A stretch of 64,000 nt of DNA from Candidatus Omnitrophota bacterium (GTDB lineage: Bacteria > Omnitrophota > Gorgyraeia > Zapsychrales > JANLHA01): assembly GCA_030688425.1 (NCBI GenBank), contig JAUYIB010000007.1, forward strand, positions 29,854 through 93,853. Direction: 5' to 3'. The translations under genes and the position numbers were made by a program. Below, piece by piece: positions 11,859 through 22,368 of this stretch. How positions within the stretch are numbered: the stretch's first letter is position 1; the number at the start of each line of letters is the position of its first letter. The notes under the pieces are model-generated. The model had not been told where the DNA came from. It saw only the letters and a list, made by a program, of their open reading frames with translations, and searched no databases.

Positions 11859-12830
11859 ATGTTTTATGAAGTGTTTGACGAAGAAAAGGATTGCCTCCGA
11901 CGGTTACTGCCCCGAAAGATCAAGGCCGGATATACGGCGCGGACCGTTCAGTCGCATTGCGCGAAGACCCCTCCAGCCCCGTTGGTCAGCACCCGCACCC
12001 AATCCCGGATCCCCGAATCCTGGGCCCCTCTTCTTGACGGAATATTGACGCGCAGCACCGGCTATGACCACCTGGCGGATGCGGCTGTTCCCTGCGGTTC
12101 CCTCCCGGAATATTGCTCCCGGGCCGTGGCTGAGCAAGCGATTTTGATGACACTGGCGCTTTTTCGCAAGCTTCCCACGCAGACAAGGAATTTTGAGAAT
12201 TTCCGGCGGGAGGGAATGACCGGCCGCGAGCTCCGGGGAGCGCGCCTGCTTGTCGTCGGGGTCGGCCGGATCGGCCGGAGGGCTGTCGCTCTGGGCCGCG
12301 GCCTGGGGATGGATGTCCGTGGCGTCGATCTTGAAAAGCGCGAGCGGGATCTCAAGTATTTACCGCTGGGGACCGGTCTGTCGTGGGCCGACGCCGTGGT
12401 GTGCGCCCTTCCCCTGACGACCCGGACGAAAGGGATGCTGGGATATCGTTCCCTGAGAAAGGTTCGTCCCGGCGCTGTTTTTGTCAACGTCGGGCGGGGA
12501 GAGGTTTCGCCGATGGCGGACTTGGCCCGGCTTTTGCAGGAACGCCGCCTGGGTGGCGCGGGACTGGATGTTTTTGAAGACGAGGACAGGGTCGCGGAGT
12601 GTCTGCGCGGGAACATCAAGAAATCTCATCCATCCATCGCGGCGCTGGCGCGTCTTCAAAAACTTGACAATGTGATCCTGACACCGCACAACGCGTTCAA
12701 TACCCGGGAATCCGTCGAGCGCAAGTCCGCGGAGACCGTAAAGGCCGTGACAACATTTTTGAAAACAGGGCGATTCCTTTTGCCGGTTCCCGGCGGACGG
12801 AGACCGTCTTCACAGGAGGAGTTATGCTGA
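11859..12830 (+). CDS. D-isomer-specific 2-hydroxyacid dehydrogenase family protein
   Basis: It carries the NAD-binding motif LLVVGVGRIGRRAVALGRGLGMDV and catalytic-region motifs FVNVGRGEV, LGGAGLDVFEDE and LTPHNAF. The start is set at ATG 11859 (MFYEVFDEEKD). The track's 11694 start would run through the tRNA-fragment repeat. Confidence 0.8.
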   Translation: MFYEVFDEEKDCLRRLLPRKIKAGYTARTVQSHCAKTPPAPLVSTRTQSRIPESWAPLLDGILTRSTGYDHLADAAVPCGSLPEYCSRAVAEQAILMTLALFRKLPTQTRNFENFRREGMTGRELRGARLLVVGVGRIGRRAVALGRGLGMDVRGVDLEKRERDLKYLPLGTGLSWADAVVCALPLTTRTKGMLGYRSLRKVRPGAVFVNVGRGEVSPMADLARLLQERRLGGAGLDVFEDEDRVAECLRGNIKKSHPSIAALARLQKLDNVILTPHNAFNTRESVERKSAETVKAVTTFLKTGRFLLPVPGGRRPSSQEELC

Positions 12831-13471
12831 AAATTTACGGAGGCGATCTGTCGGGGCCGTCGAACAAGGTCCGGTTTGTGGCCAATTATTTAAATCTTCC
12901 CTACGAATATCAGTTGGTGAGCATCCGGGATGGAGACAACCGCAAACCGGAATATTTAAAATTGCATCCGGCGGGCAAAATTCCGGCCATTGACGATGGT
13001 GGCTTTGTTTTGTTCGAGAGCAACGCGATCATCAGGTACTTGTCCCATGCGGACGGGGCCGCCATTTATCCGGCGGATCCGCAAAAGCGGGCTGTCGTGG
13101 ACCAATGGGTGGATTTTGTGTCGTTTCACGTCGGCGGCGGGGTTGACCGGGTTTTATACAACCGGGTTTTTGTCAAATTCATCGGGGTTGAGCCGGACGA
13201 GCGTTCCGTCCAGGACGGGCTGTCGTTCCTGGGCCGGTTTCTGCCGATCATCGAGGCGCAGCTGAACAAGCACGCGTATGTGGCCGGCCCGGACATGACG
13301 CTGGCGGACTTTTGTCTCCTGTCGGTGCTGGATCCGGTGGAAATCGCCGGGATCGATGTGTCGAAATACCCGGCGATCGTAAGCTGGCGCAAAAAACTCA
13401 AGGAACAAGAATTTTACACGAAATGTTTTAAGGCATACGGCGAAAGACTGAAACAATTTAACCAGAAATAA
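12824..13471 (+). CDS. Glutathione S-transferase family protein
   Basis: 215-aa ORF with a thioredoxin-like N-domain (KPEYLKLHPAGKIPAIDDGGFVLFESNAIIRYL) and a helical C-domain. Confidence 0.85.
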   Translation: MLKIYGGDLSGPSNKVRFVANYLNLPYEYQLVSIRDGDNRKPEYLKLHPAGKIPAIDDGGFVLFESNAIIRYLSHADGAAIYPADPQKRAVVDQWVDFVSFHVGGGVDRVLYNRVFVKFIGVEPDERSVQDGLSFLGRFLPIIEAQLNKHAYVAGPDMTLADFCLLSVLDPVEIAGIDVSKYPAIVSWRKKLKEQEFYTKCFKAYGERLKQFNQK

Positions 13472-13487
13472 CAGCGGTGGGGTGGCC

Positions 13488-14321
13488 ATGAAAGTCGCTG
13501 CGGTGCAGATGGGGGCCGGGCCGGACAAGGCCGAGAATGTCCGCCGGGCGCTGGCGCTGGTCAGGGAGGCGGCCGGCCGCGGGGCGAGGTTTGTCGCCCT
13601 GCCCGAGGTCTTTTCTTACCGCGGTCCGTTGACCGACGAGACGATGCCGTTTGTGTGCGAAAGGATTCCCGGCGAATCGCTGAAACCGTTGTGTGAGTTT
13701 GCGGCTGCAAAGAAAATTTTTATTCTTGCCGGATCCGTGATTGAAAAAAGCCCTGTCCGGGGCAAGGGGTACAATACATCGGTCCTCATCAATGGCCGCG
13801 GGAAAATCGCGGCGAAATACCGCAAGATCCATCTTTTCGATGCGGCGCTCGGAGGAACGAAGATCCGGGAATCCCTGAGATTTGTCGCCGGCCGGGCTCC
13901 GGCTGCGGCCGCTGCCGGAGGGTTCAAGGTCGGGTTGACCGTGTGTTACGACCTGCGTTTTCCGTGGCTGTATGAGAGATATTCCCGCCTCGGCTGTGAT
14001 CTTTTGACTGTCCCGTCGGCCTTCACCCGCAAGACGGGGCAGGCCCATTGGGAAATCCTTCTCCGGGCACGCGCGATCGAGAACCTGTGTTATGTCCTGG
14101 CGCCGAATCAGGTCGGGGCCGACCACCGCGGCGTTGTCTCGTACGGCAACAGCATGATCGTCAGCCCATGGGGAGAGGTTTTGGCCAGGGCCTCGGGGGA
14201 CAGAGAACAGGTCATTTATGCAGATGTGGACAGCGCCGTCATTAAACAGAGCCGCGATGTTTTGCCTGGTATTGGAAAAACTCATTCGCCAAAACGCCAT
14301 CACAAGGAGTCCTTTTCATGA
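13488..14321 (+). CDS. Carbon-nitrogen hydrolase (nitrilase superfamily)
   Basis: MKVAAVQM..., FVALPEVF (Glu), YRKIHLFD (Lys) and [11 protein letters not shown] (Cys) form the Glu-Lys-Cys triad context. ATG 13488 is preferred over GTG 13482. Confidence 0.85.
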   Translation: MKVAAVQMGAGPDKAENVRRALALVREAAGRGARFVALPEVFSYRGPLTDETMPFVCERIPGESLKPLCEFAAAKKIFILAGSVIEKSPVRGKGYNTSVLINGRGKIAAKYRKIHLFDAALGGTKIRESLRFVAGRAPAAAAAGGFKVGLTVCYDLRFPWLYERYSRLGCDLLTVPSAFTRKTGQAHWEILLRARAIENLCYVLAPNQVGADHRGVVSYGNSMIVSPWGEVLARASGDREQVIYADVDSAVIKQSRDVLPGIGKTHSPKRHHKESFS

Positions 14322-15307
14322 GCCAAGAGACGCTGAAAGTCGCTGTGACCGGCGCGGCCGGCCAGATCGGGTATGCTTTACTGTTCAGGATCGCGGCTGG
14401 AGAGATGTTCGGCCGGGACGTCCCCGTCGAGCTCCGTCTTCTCGAACTTGAAGCCGCCCTGCCGGCGCTTAACGGCGTCGGGATGGAACTGGAGGATTGC
14501 GCGTTTTCCCTCTTGCGCGGCGTTGTAAGGACATCGGACCCGAACGTGGCGTTTGAAGGCGCGGATTGGGCGCTTTTGGTGGGGAGCGTGCCGCGCAAGG
14601 CCGGGATGGAACGGTCTGATCTTCTGAAGATCAACGGCGGGATTTTTGTCGGCCAGGGGAAAGCCCTGGACGCGAACGCCAAACCGTCCTGCCGGGTCCT
14701 TGTTGTCGGGAATCCGTGCAACACGAACGCTTATATCGCCAAAGAGACCTGCAAAAAAATTCCTTCCAGAAATTTTTTCGCCATGACCATGCTTGACCAG
14801 AACCGCGCCGTGGCCCAGCTTGCAATCAAATCTGGGGCGCCTGTCACGGCGGTGAAAAACGCTGTGATCTGGGGCAATCATTCCGCGACACAATTTCCGG
14901 ATTTTTACCATGCGGCCATCAACGGTCAGCCGGCCCTGTCTGTGATCAAGGACGAGGCATGGCTGAAGACCGCGTTTATCGAGAGCGTTCAAAAGCGCGG
15001 GGCGGCCATCATCCAGGCACGGGGGCTGTCTTCGGCGGCGTCCGCGGCCAACGCGGTCGTTGACACCGTGAGGGCCCTGACGACCCCGACGCGGCCCGGC
15101 GAATGCTTTTCGGCGGCGGTCGCCTCGGACGGCAGTTACAGGGTGGAGAAAGGCGTGATGTTCGGCTTCCCGTTGCGCAGCAACGGCCGTGACTGGGAGA
15201 TCGTTCAGGGCATCGAACACAACGCTTTTGCCAAAGAAAAATTTGAGGCGACGTATCAGGAGCTGCTGGCCGAGCGCAAGGCGGTTCACGAGCTGGTCCT
15301 CAAGTAA
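14318..15307 (+). CDS. mdh: Malate dehydrogenase
   Basis: 329-aa ORF with [27 protein letters not shown] and [13 protein letters not shown] motifs, typical of the 329-aa class of MDH. Confidence 0.93.
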   Translation: MSQETLKVAVTGAAGQIGYALLFRIAAGEMFGRDVPVELRLLELEAALPALNGVGMELEDCAFSLLRGVVRTSDPNVAFEGADWALLVGSVPRKAGMERSDLLKINGGIFVGQGKALDANAKPSCRVLVVGNPCNTNAYIAKETCKKIPSRNFFAMTMLDQNRAVAQLAIKSGAPVTAVKNAVIWGNHSATQFPDFYHAAINGQPALSVIKDEAWLKTAFIESVQKRGAAIIQARGLSSAASAANAVVDTVRALTTPTRPGECFSAAVASDGSYRVEKGVMFGFPLRSNGRDWEIVQGIEHNAFAKEKFEATYQELLAERKAVHELVLK

Positions 15308-15449
15308 CCCGGGGCCGCGAATTCCGGGTGTTTCCTTCTGGGCTGGATACGTTTTTTTCGCGAGAAGCGAATTTCGATAAAGCCGGGCCTGAGCAAGGAT
15401 TTTTTATTTGTCCTTTGGCCGACAGGAGGTTAAAAAAAGAGTTTTTTTC

Positions 15450-15478
15450 TTGTGTTTTAATGGCCACAAAGGTATACT
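15450..15478 (+). promoter_or_regulatory. Candidate promoter (TTGTGT-17-TATACT) ahead of the parvulin/Tad genes
   Basis: The -35-like TTGTGT at 15450-15455 and TATACT at 15473-15478 are separated by 17 nt, inside an AT-rich intergenic stretch. Confidence 0.4.
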
Positions 15479-15533
15479 TTTAATTATAATTAAAATATTG
15501 TATAAAATCCGACGAGGATTTAAGGAGTTTTCT

Positions 15534-16514
15534 TTGTCCGAAATGCGTCCTTCCAAGCACATGGCATTGATTTGCGTCGGTGTTCTTGCCGCGGCTGTGA
15601 GCGGTTGCGATAAAATTTCAGAGTATAAAGACCGGATATTTTCCAAGCCTTCCCCTGAACAGCGCGTTTCCCTTCCCGCTGCCCCTGATTCGTCTTCCTC
15701 CCCCGAGACGGGATCGTCTGCCCCCGCGCCATCTTCTGCCGTGACGGCCCCCGTTTCATCAGATTTTGTCGCCAAGGTCGGTGACTGGACCCTGACCAGG
15801 GACGGATTTAACGAGCGGCTCACGGCGGTTAAGGAATTTGTCCCGGAGTTCAACGTTGATGACCCACAGTCCCGGCGGCTTGTTCTGGACGAGATTGTCC
15901 GCCAGCAATTGATGGTTGCGGACGCCGAGCGGCAGGGTCTGGCGCAGAAGAAAAATGTCGTGGACGCGGTCGAAGAGTTCCGCCGGACGCTTTTGGTGAG
16001 GGAGATCGCCGTGAATCTGACGCAGAACATCCAGGTGAGCGACCAAGAGGCGGAGGAATATTACAAGGCGAATCAGGCGGACTTTGCCGGCCCGGTGGAG
16101 TGGCGTTTTCGCGAAATTGTGGTGAATGACGAAGATGCCGCCAAGTCGATCCTGGTGGATATCCTCAAGGGGGCTGATTTTGTCCAGACGGCCACAGAAA
16201 AATCAAAGTCCATGACGGCAGCCAAGGGCGGGGATGCCGGCTTTGTTGCCGAGCTTCCGTTTCCCCAGATGGAAAAAGAGCTTGTCTCTCTGGAGGTCGG
16301 GCAGGCCAGCAAGGTTTTCAAGGGGCCCGACGGATTTTATATCGTGAAGCTCGAAGAAAAGCGCGGCGAAGTCCCCAGGGAATTCTCGGAGATCAAAGAA
16401 GAAATCAGGGCGGGGTTGACGCTGGTGAAACAGCAGCAGGCAATCATGGAATATCTTGAGACCCTCCGCCAGAAAACGGTTGTCGAAATCAACGAAAAAG
16501 CATTGGAGGAATAG
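15534..16514 (+). CDS. Parvulin-type peptidyl-prolyl isomerase lipoprotein (SurA/PrsA-like)
   Basis: The lipoprotein signal is ...MALICVGVLAAAVSGC (lipobox VSGC). The PpiC domain reads FREIVVNDEDAA...GGDAGFV...GPDGFYIVKLEEKRG. The start is TTG 15534 (AAGGAG 6 nt upstream) or ATG 15543. The track's 15408 start is unlikely. Confidence 0.8.
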   Translation: MSEMRPSKHMALICVGVLAAAVSGCDKISEYKDRIFSKPSPEQRVSLPAAPDSSSSPETGSSAPAPSSAVTAPVSSDFVAKVGDWTLTRDGFNERLTAVKEFVPEFNVDDPQSRRLVLDEIVRQQLMVADAERQGLAQKKNVVDAVEEFRRTLLVREIAVNLTQNIQVSDQEAEEYYKANQADFAGPVEWRFREIVVNDEDAAKSILVDILKGADFVQTATEKSKSMTAAKGGDAGFVAELPFPQMEKELVSLEVGQASKVFKGPDGFYIVKLEEKRGEVPREFSEIKEEIRAGLTLVKQQQAIMEYLETLRQKTVVEINEKALEE

Positions 16515-16519
16515 TCCAT

Positions 16520-17326
16520 ATGAATTTAGAGAATAAAAAACAGATGGCCATCATCGCCCTGGCTGTGGGGCTCGGTCTCATGGCTGCGGTCTTGACCGGG
16601 AACCATATCCAGGAGAGCATCAAGCAGGAAACGGCCCGCCTTTCCCAGGAATATGAAACCAAAAAAATTGCCCCCCTGGTTAGCGAGATCGATTCCCTGC
16701 GCAAGGAGATGCAGAAGCTGGCGGCCCAGCAACAGCAGATCGCCGCGCAAAAACCTTCAGAGGCGGTCAAGACAGAGACCCCGTCGGTCCCCAAGTCTTC
16801 TTTGGCGCTGCGCACACCGGCCGGCAAGCGTGCCTATACGATCAATCTCGACTCTTTGTCGGCCGTCGGGGGGTTGATCAATCCCGGAGATTACGTAGAC
16901 ATCATTGGCCATTTGGACATGCCGGACCCCGTCAACAGCAAGACGGAAAACATCACGGCCATGGTTTTTCAAAACATTTTGCTCCTGGCGGTTGGAACCA
17001 ATCTTCAGGAGCCGGGCGGCTATGAAACACAGATGGCGTCCGGGGCCCTGAAAGTGACGCTCGCGCTGAGCCCGGAAGAGTGCAGCTTGATGTCTTTTAT
17101 TCAGAAGCATGGCCGGATGCAGTTTATTTTACGGGCCCCGTCCGAGACGGAGACCCAGATGATGCAGGCGGCCAGCTGGAGTTCTCTGGCGGACTATGTG
17201 TTTGAGAAGCAGGGCACGGAGCTTGTGATTCCTCGCGGGAAGGTCAATCTCGAACCGGTCAAGACCGAAGGGAAGGAAGAGGTCAAGCCTTTCATTCAAA
17301 TTTTCAGGGGAGGCCGTGAGCTGTAG
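16520..17326 (+). CDS. cpaB: Flp pilus assembly protein CpaB/RcpC
   Basis: 268-aa ORF with an N-terminal TM, a coiled segment and an RcpC-type region (KRAYTINLDSLSAVGGLINPGDYVDIIGH...NILLLAVGTN). Confidence 0.85.
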   Translation: MNLENKKQMAIIALAVGLGLMAAVLTGNHIQESIKQETARLSQEYETKKIAPLVSEIDSLRKEMQKLAAQQQQIAAQKPSEAVKTETPSVPKSSLALRTPAGKRAYTINLDSLSAVGGLINPGDYVDIIGHLDMPDPVNSKTENITAMVFQNILLLAVGTNLQEPGGYETQMASGALKVTLALSPEECSLMSFIQKHGRMQFILRAPSETETQMMQAASWSSLADYVFEKQGTELVIPRGKVNLEPVKTEGKEEVKPFIQIFRGGREL

Positions 17327-17384
17327 TCGCGGCGGCCTGAACTTCACGCACCTTGAGGATTTTTAAACATTGGAGTCGTTATTT

Positions 17385-19319
17385 ATGAAAAGGAATTTAT
17401 CTTTTTGGAAGGCGCTGACAGGGGCCGTTGTTCTGGGGGGATTTCTTTTTAACGGCGGTTCCCGCCCCGTCCTGAGTTATGCCCAGATGAAAGAGGAGGT
17501 CGACACAAAGACCGAGACGGAGGTCTTTATCTATAAGGGCGACCTCATGGTCGTTAAGGTCTACTCCTTAACCCGGATCGCGGTGGTCAACCCGGAAATC
17601 GTTGATATCGCCAACGCGGACGTCAACGAAATCCTACTGGTTGGACAGACGTTGGGGTCCACTCCGATTTATATTTGGGATGAGCTTGGCAAGCGGCAAA
17701 TCCTGGCTACGGTTTTGAAGGAAGATCTGGATGTTTTGATTTCCAAGCTCAAGCGGATGATGGAAGTGACGAATATCACGGAAGTTTCCCTGGAAAAAAA
17801 TAATTATGAGGGTAAGGTGGTCGCTTCCGGCATGATTCCGGAGCGGAAAAAGTCGGCCTGGGATGAAATTGTCGCCCGGTATAGCGACAGCCTGATCAAT
17901 TTGACAACGGAGGAAAAGAGGGAGGATCTGATCCAGATCGATGTGCAGATCACGGAATTGAGCACCACCCTTGCCAAGGAATATGGGTTTGACTGGGTTT
18001 CCGGAAGCGACAGCGGTTTGGCCATCACCTATCCGGAAACATTGCCGACTTTTAGCGGGGATTATCCGGCGGATTGGTACAGGCTTGGCGATTTTAATCG
18101 GGTAAGCGAGTTGGCCCTAACCGTGAGCATGTTGGAGGCCGAAGGCCGGGCCAGGTCCATATCCAGGCCCAGCTTGGTTGTTCAAAGCGGGCAAAGCGCC
18201 AGCGTGCAAGTCGGCGGCCAGATCCCGACCCGCACCACGACAACGGCTGTCGGCGGCGGCAGCGTCCAGGAGAATGTGGCTTACCAATCTTACGGCGTCA
18301 GTTTCACAGCGGTCCCGACCATCAAGGACGGAAATAAAATTGATTTGACGATCAGCGTTACCGTGAGTGATATCGACGCTTCAAACGCCGTCGGCGATGA
18401 CGTGGCGTTTGTCAGCCGGTCGACCAATACGAAGGTCCTCTTAGACGACCGGCAGACAATTGTTATTGCCGGTTTGATCAAGCAGAACCGCAGCGAGAGC
18501 CTTAAAAAGATCCCGTTTCTGGGGTCCATCCCCATCATCGGGGCATTGTTCCGCAACCGTTCTACGCCATCCGCGGACCTTGACCAGGAACTTGTGATTA
18601 TCATCACCCCGACGATTATTCAGCGGGGGGAAGAAAACCCATTTAAGAAAAAAGATGTGGCGGCTTCGGTGGTCCCGCAACCAGCTGCGGAACCCGCACC
18701 CGCCACCCTTTCTCCTGGGGAGGAAGACCGCTTCTTGGAAGTCAAGCCGGACGTGGTCACTGACGCGGTGGCGGAGGGCGAAGACTTGTCGCCGGAGATG
18801 GGCGAGGAAAATCTCTCCTTGAAAGACGCCGTAAAGCCGGCGGAAGCCCCGGCTTTTGACAAGAAACCCGCTGCGGTTCTTCCTTCCTCTGTCGAGGCCC
18901 CCGCGGCAGGCGATTCTTCTGCGGACGACATGGCCGTTGAACAGGAAGAATGGATGGTTGAAGCCCCGGGCCAGGACCCGGCCGGCCAGAAGGCCGTTAC
19001 CGATTATGTCAAATCCGTCCAGAAGAAAATTTCAGAATCAATTTCTTTTCCGTACGAAGCCAAGGAAAAGGGGTGGGAGGGGACGGTGCACCTGACCATG
19101 ACCCTCTTGAGCGACGGCACCCTGCAGGACGTTGACGTGAAGCAGTCTTCCGGGCACATGATATTTGACAATGACGCGAAAAACACGGCCCAAATCCTGG
19201 CGCCGTTCGATCCGTTTCCCGCCGAAATGGACCTGGAAGAGATCGTTGTGACGGTCCCCATTGTGTACAGCCAGAACGCCATGCTCGACCAGATGGAAGA
19301 ATCTCCTCTCGAGGAATAA
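17385..19319 (+). CDS. cpaC: CpaC/RcpA secretin with C-terminal TonB_C-like domain
   Basis: It has a signal/TM segment and an N-domain (VVKVYSLTRIAVVNPEIVDIANADVNEILLVG). The secretin core reads IPFLGSIPIIGALFRNRS...ELVIIITPTII. A Pro/Ala/Glu-rich linker spans ~18640-18990. The TonB_C-like tail is FPYEAKEKGWEGTVHLTMTLLSDGTLQDVDVKQSSGHMIFDNDA. Confidence 0.85.
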   Translation: MKRNLSFWKALTGAVVLGGFLFNGGSRPVLSYAQMKEEVDTKTETEVFIYKGDLMVVKVYSLTRIAVVNPEIVDIANADVNEILLVGQTLGSTPIYIWDELGKRQILATVLKEDLDVLISKLKRMMEVTNITEVSLEKNNYEGKVVASGMIPERKKSAWDEIVARYSDSLINLTTEEKREDLIQIDVQITELSTTLAKEYGFDWVSGSDSGLAITYPETLPTFSGDYPADWYRLGDFNRVSELALTVSMLEAEGRARSISRPSLVVQSGQSASVQVGGQIPTRTTTTAVGGGSVQENVAYQSYGVSFTAVPTIKDGNKIDLTISVTVSDIDASNAVGDDVAFVSRSTNTKVLLDDRQTIVIAGLIKQNRSESLKKIPFLGSIPIIGALFRNRSTPSADLDQELVIIITPTIIQRGEENPFKKKDVAASVVPQPAAEPAPATLSPGEEDRFLEVKPDVVTDAVAEGEDLSPEMGEENLSLKDAVKPAEAPAFDKKPAAVLPSSVEAPAAGDSSADDMAVEQEEWMVEAPGQDPAGQKAVTDYVKSVQKKISESISFPYEAKEKGWEGTVHLTMTLLSDGTLQDVDVKQSSGHMIFDNDAKNTAQILAPFDPFPAEMDLEEIVVTVPIVYSQNAMLDQMEESPLEE

Positions 19320-19384
19320 GCGGACCTGCGGTTCAACCAAAATCCGCCGCGACGGAAAAGCCGTTGCATTTTTTGAAAGCCCCC

Positions 19385-21550
19385 ATGAGCGCAAGAACCA
19401 TTACGATTTTCGGCAATAAAGGCGGTGTAGGGAAGAGTTTCGTGGCCGTGAACCTGGCCGCCGCCCTGGCCTCTTCCGGACGGAAGGTCCTGCTGGTGGA
19501 CCTTGATCTTCAGGCCGGCCAGGACATGGCGCGGATGCTCAACGTCGCCCCGCCGCATTGCCTGGTCAATCTCCTTTCGGAGATCGAGAAAACCGATGAC
19601 CCGGAGATCATCAAGAAATTTGTCACCTCCCATTCTTCGGGCCTGGATTTTCTTCCCGCCATTCTCCAGACCAAGCAGGTTGGACACATCACCCCGGACA
19701 ACGTCAAACTATTTTTCAAGAAGGCCCCGGCCATCTATGAGTTTATTATCGTGGACGGTGGCAATCTGTTCAGCGAAACCTTGCTGACCGTTCTGGATCA
19801 TTCCAGTTTGATTTTGCTCGTGGCCACCCCGGACATCCTCGCCGTATATCAGTTGAAGTGGTGCCTGGATTTGCTCCAGAGCATGCATTACCCGATGAAA
19901 ATGGTCCAAATGGTCCTTAACCGGGCCGAGAGTTACGGCGGGGTGCGGTGGCAGGAGGTTCACACGGCCCTGTCCGTCGAGATTTTTGCCCGCATTCCGT
20001 CCGACGGCAAGGTGGTCGGCATGGCCCTCAACCGCGGGGTTCCCTGCGTCATCGACAGCCCCAAGAGCAAGGTGGCCGAGGCGTTTTTGAAAATGGTCAC
20101 GGACCTTAAGAGAGAGGATATCTACACTCAGCCGACGGAAATCGCCCGCGTTCGGACGACGGAAAAGATCGACCAGCAGGCGGGGCAGTTCTGGGAAAAA
20201 TTCGGCGTCGGGCAGCAGGGCGTTAACCCCCTGGCCAAGCTTTACGGCAAGGAAGAGGATGATGAAGTCAGCGGCTTGAAAAAGAAAATCCATGAACGTC
20301 TGGTCGCCCGCCTTCATGTCGAGGACATGACCCCGGAAACGCTGAGCGATCCTCAAAAAGCTGCGGAGCTCAAGGCGTCGGCCCAGCAGATCGTCGGCAA
20401 TCTCTTGGCGGAGGAGAAAGGCGGGATCATTTCGTCTCATGAGGAAAGGTCCCGGCTGGTCAAGGAGATCGTCGACGAGGCCCTGGGGCTAGGGCCGCTG
20501 GAAGAATTCCTCGCCGACCCGGACGTGACCGACATCATGGCGAACAACCGTAACGAGATTTACGTTGAGAAGTCCGGTAAACTGATCCTGACCAACCGCC
20601 GATTCATTTCCAATCAGCAGATGCGCTCGATCATTGACCGCATCATCGCTCCCCTGGGCCGCCGCATCGACGAGTCCGTGCCGATGGTCGACGCCCGTTT
20701 GCCCGACGGTTCACGTTTCAACGCGATCATCCCGCCTCTGTCCTTGAACGGACCCATGATCACGATCCGTAAATTTGGCGTGGAGCGCCTGGAGGCGGAG
20801 GAGTTGCTGGAACAATACCAGAGCTTGTCCCGCGCCATGTTTGATTTTTTGAATTGTGCCGTTCTCGGCCGCAAGAACATCATTGTTTCCGGGGGGACCG
20901 GCGCCGGCAAAACCACGCTTTTGAATGTCATCTCTCAATTTATTCCCGATGGCGAACGCATCCTGACCATCGAGGACGCAGCGGAATTGCGATTGAAAAA
21001 AAGTCATTGGGGTCGCCTGGAATCCCGTCCGCCAAACGTCGAAGGCAAGGGCGCCGTCACGATCCGCGACCTGTTTGTCAACTCTCTGCGTATGAGGCCT
21101 GACCGGATCATCATCGGCGAGTGCCGCGGCGGCGAGGTCTTGGACATGCTCCAGGCCATGAACACCGGCCACGACGGGTCCATGACCACCCTGCACGCCA
21201 ACTCCACCAAGGACGCGCTGGTGCGCTTGAGCTCCATGATTCTGCTGAGCGGGATCGAGCTGCCGGTGCGCGCGATCAATGAAATGATCGCCACCGCCAT
21301 CGACGTGCTTGTGCATATCGCTCGTTTTTCCGACGGATCAAGAAAGATCACCGGGATCACCGAGGTGATCGGGCTGACGCCCGATTTCCAGGTGGACGTC
21401 AAGGATATTTTTATGTTCGACCCCAAAGGGCGCGACGAGGACGGGCGCATCCTCGGGGAATACAAGCCGACGGGGTATGTCCCCAAGTGTTATCACGATT
21501 TTGTGTCCATCGGCCTCAAAATCGATAAAAATCTTTTCACCAAGACATAG
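19385..21550 (+). CDS. CpaE(TadZ)-like ParA/MinD ATPase fused to CpaF(TadA) secretion ATPase
   Basis: The N-terminal part reads [31 protein letters not shown], a ParA/MinD fold. The C-terminal part has Walker [21 protein letters not shown] and the His box [14 protein letters not shown], a T2SS-E/VirB11-type ATPase. Both lie in one 721-aa frame from ATG 19385. Confidence 0.9.
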   Translation: MSARTITIFGNKGGVGKSFVAVNLAAALASSGRKVLLVDLDLQAGQDMARMLNVAPPHCLVNLLSEIEKTDDPEIIKKFVTSHSSGLDFLPAILQTKQVGHITPDNVKLFFKKAPAIYEFIIVDGGNLFSETLLTVLDHSSLILLVATPDILAVYQLKWCLDLLQSMHYPMKMVQMVLNRAESYGGVRWQEVHTALSVEIFARIPSDGKVVGMALNRGVPCVIDSPKSKVAEAFLKMVTDLKREDIYTQPTEIARVRTTEKIDQQAGQFWEKFGVGQQGVNPLAKLYGKEEDDEVSGLKKKIHERLVARLHVEDMTPETLSDPQKAAELKASAQQIVGNLLAEEKGGIISSHEERSRLVKEIVDEALGLGPLEEFLADPDVTDIMANNRNEIYVEKSGKLILTNRRFISNQQMRSIIDRIIAPLGRRIDESVPMVDARLPDGSRFNAIIPPLSLNGPMITIRKFGVERLEAEELLEQYQSLSRAMFDFLNCAVLGRKNIIVSGGTGAGKTTLLNVISQFIPDGERILTIEDAAELRLKKSHWGRLESRPPNVEGKGAVTIRDLFVNSLRMRPDRIIIGECRGGEVLDMLQAMNTGHDGSMTTLHANSTKDALVRLSSMILLSGIELPVRAINEMIATAIDVLVHIARFSDGSRKITGITEVIGLTPDFQVDVKDIFMFDPKGRDEDGRILGEYKPTGYVPKCYHDFVSIGLKIDKNLFTKT

Positions 21551-21559
21551 TCATTCTCC

Positions 21560-21907
21560 GTGCAGATCCTCAATCAAACCCGCAACACGACCGTCGCCGA
21601 AAACGCCGTGATGGCCGATACCGCTTTCTCCCGCCTGAAAGGACTCCTCGGTCGATCGGAGATCGGGTCTCGCGAAGCCCTGGTCATCACGCAATGCCGC
21701 TCGATTCACATGTTTTTTATGAAGTTTGCAATCGACGTCATTTTTGCCGACAGGCATGACCGCGCGGTGGGGCTTGTTTCCCGGATCAAGCCGTTTTGCA
21801 TGAGTCCGTATTTTTTTCGTGCGAGTTATGCCGTGGAATTGCCGGAAGGGGCTATCGCATCAAGCCGGACCCAGAAGGGCGATCAGCTTGTTTTTGTGAA
21901 GGGGTAA
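21560..21907 (+). CDS. DUF192 domain protein
   Basis: 115-aa ORF with a GTG start. RLKGLLGR...IHMFFMKFAIDVIFADRHDRAVG...YAVELPEG resembles the DUF192 (COG1430) pattern. Confidence 0.7.
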   Translation: MQILNQTRNTTVAENAVMADTAFSRLKGLLGRSEIGSREALVITQCRSIHMFFMKFAIDVIFADRHDRAVGLVSRIKPFCMSPYFFRASYAVELPEGAIASSRTQKGDQLVFVKG

Positions 21908-21916
21908 CGGGAAGGG

Positions 21917-22189
21917 TTAAACCAGATCCTTGGGATCAATGTCTCCGGCGGCGCGATTGACTTCGTCAATCCAGCGGCGGCAAAAGCGGCAGAATTTGGC
22001 TTCCAGCAGAATCTTTTTCCCGCAGAAAATACAACTCTTCTTATCTACGCTTGGGAACTCCATGTTGACTGGTTCGTCGATGATGAACTGGGCGCAATGG
22101 GGGCACTTTAATACCTTTTCGGTTAAAGGTTCGTAGCAGTAGGGGCATTTGAGCATGTTGTTCTCCGCCAAAGCGCGTGGTTTACGCAA
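21917..22189 (-). CDS. Double zinc-ribbon protein
   Basis: 90-aa ORF with CPYC...CPHC and CIFC...CRFC pairs. It is the only minus-strand gene inside the Tad region. Confidence 0.6.
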   Translation of the reverse strand: MRKPRALAENNMLKCPYCYEPLTEKVLKCPHCAQFIIDEPVNMEFPSVDKKSCIFCGKKILLEAKFCRFCRRWIDEVNRAAGDIDPKDLV

Positions 22190-22368
22190 TTGATGTATTC
22201 TTATTTTATTATACTATCCTGTGTCCTGTTTTGTCATGGAAATATCATTTTTCTTTCTGGATGGCGGATGATTTTTCAGGAGATAAATCATTTTTGTAAA
22301 AAAAAGTGTGATATACTGAAGGCGTAAAAATGTCCAAACTGAGTTTTTTCGCAGAAGGATTCCTTTAA

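Noticed and set aside
13458-15289. Minus-strand ORFs 13458-14303 and 14378-15289
   Set aside because: They are antisense to the C-N hydrolase and mdh genes, with Arg/Gly-rich shadow translations.
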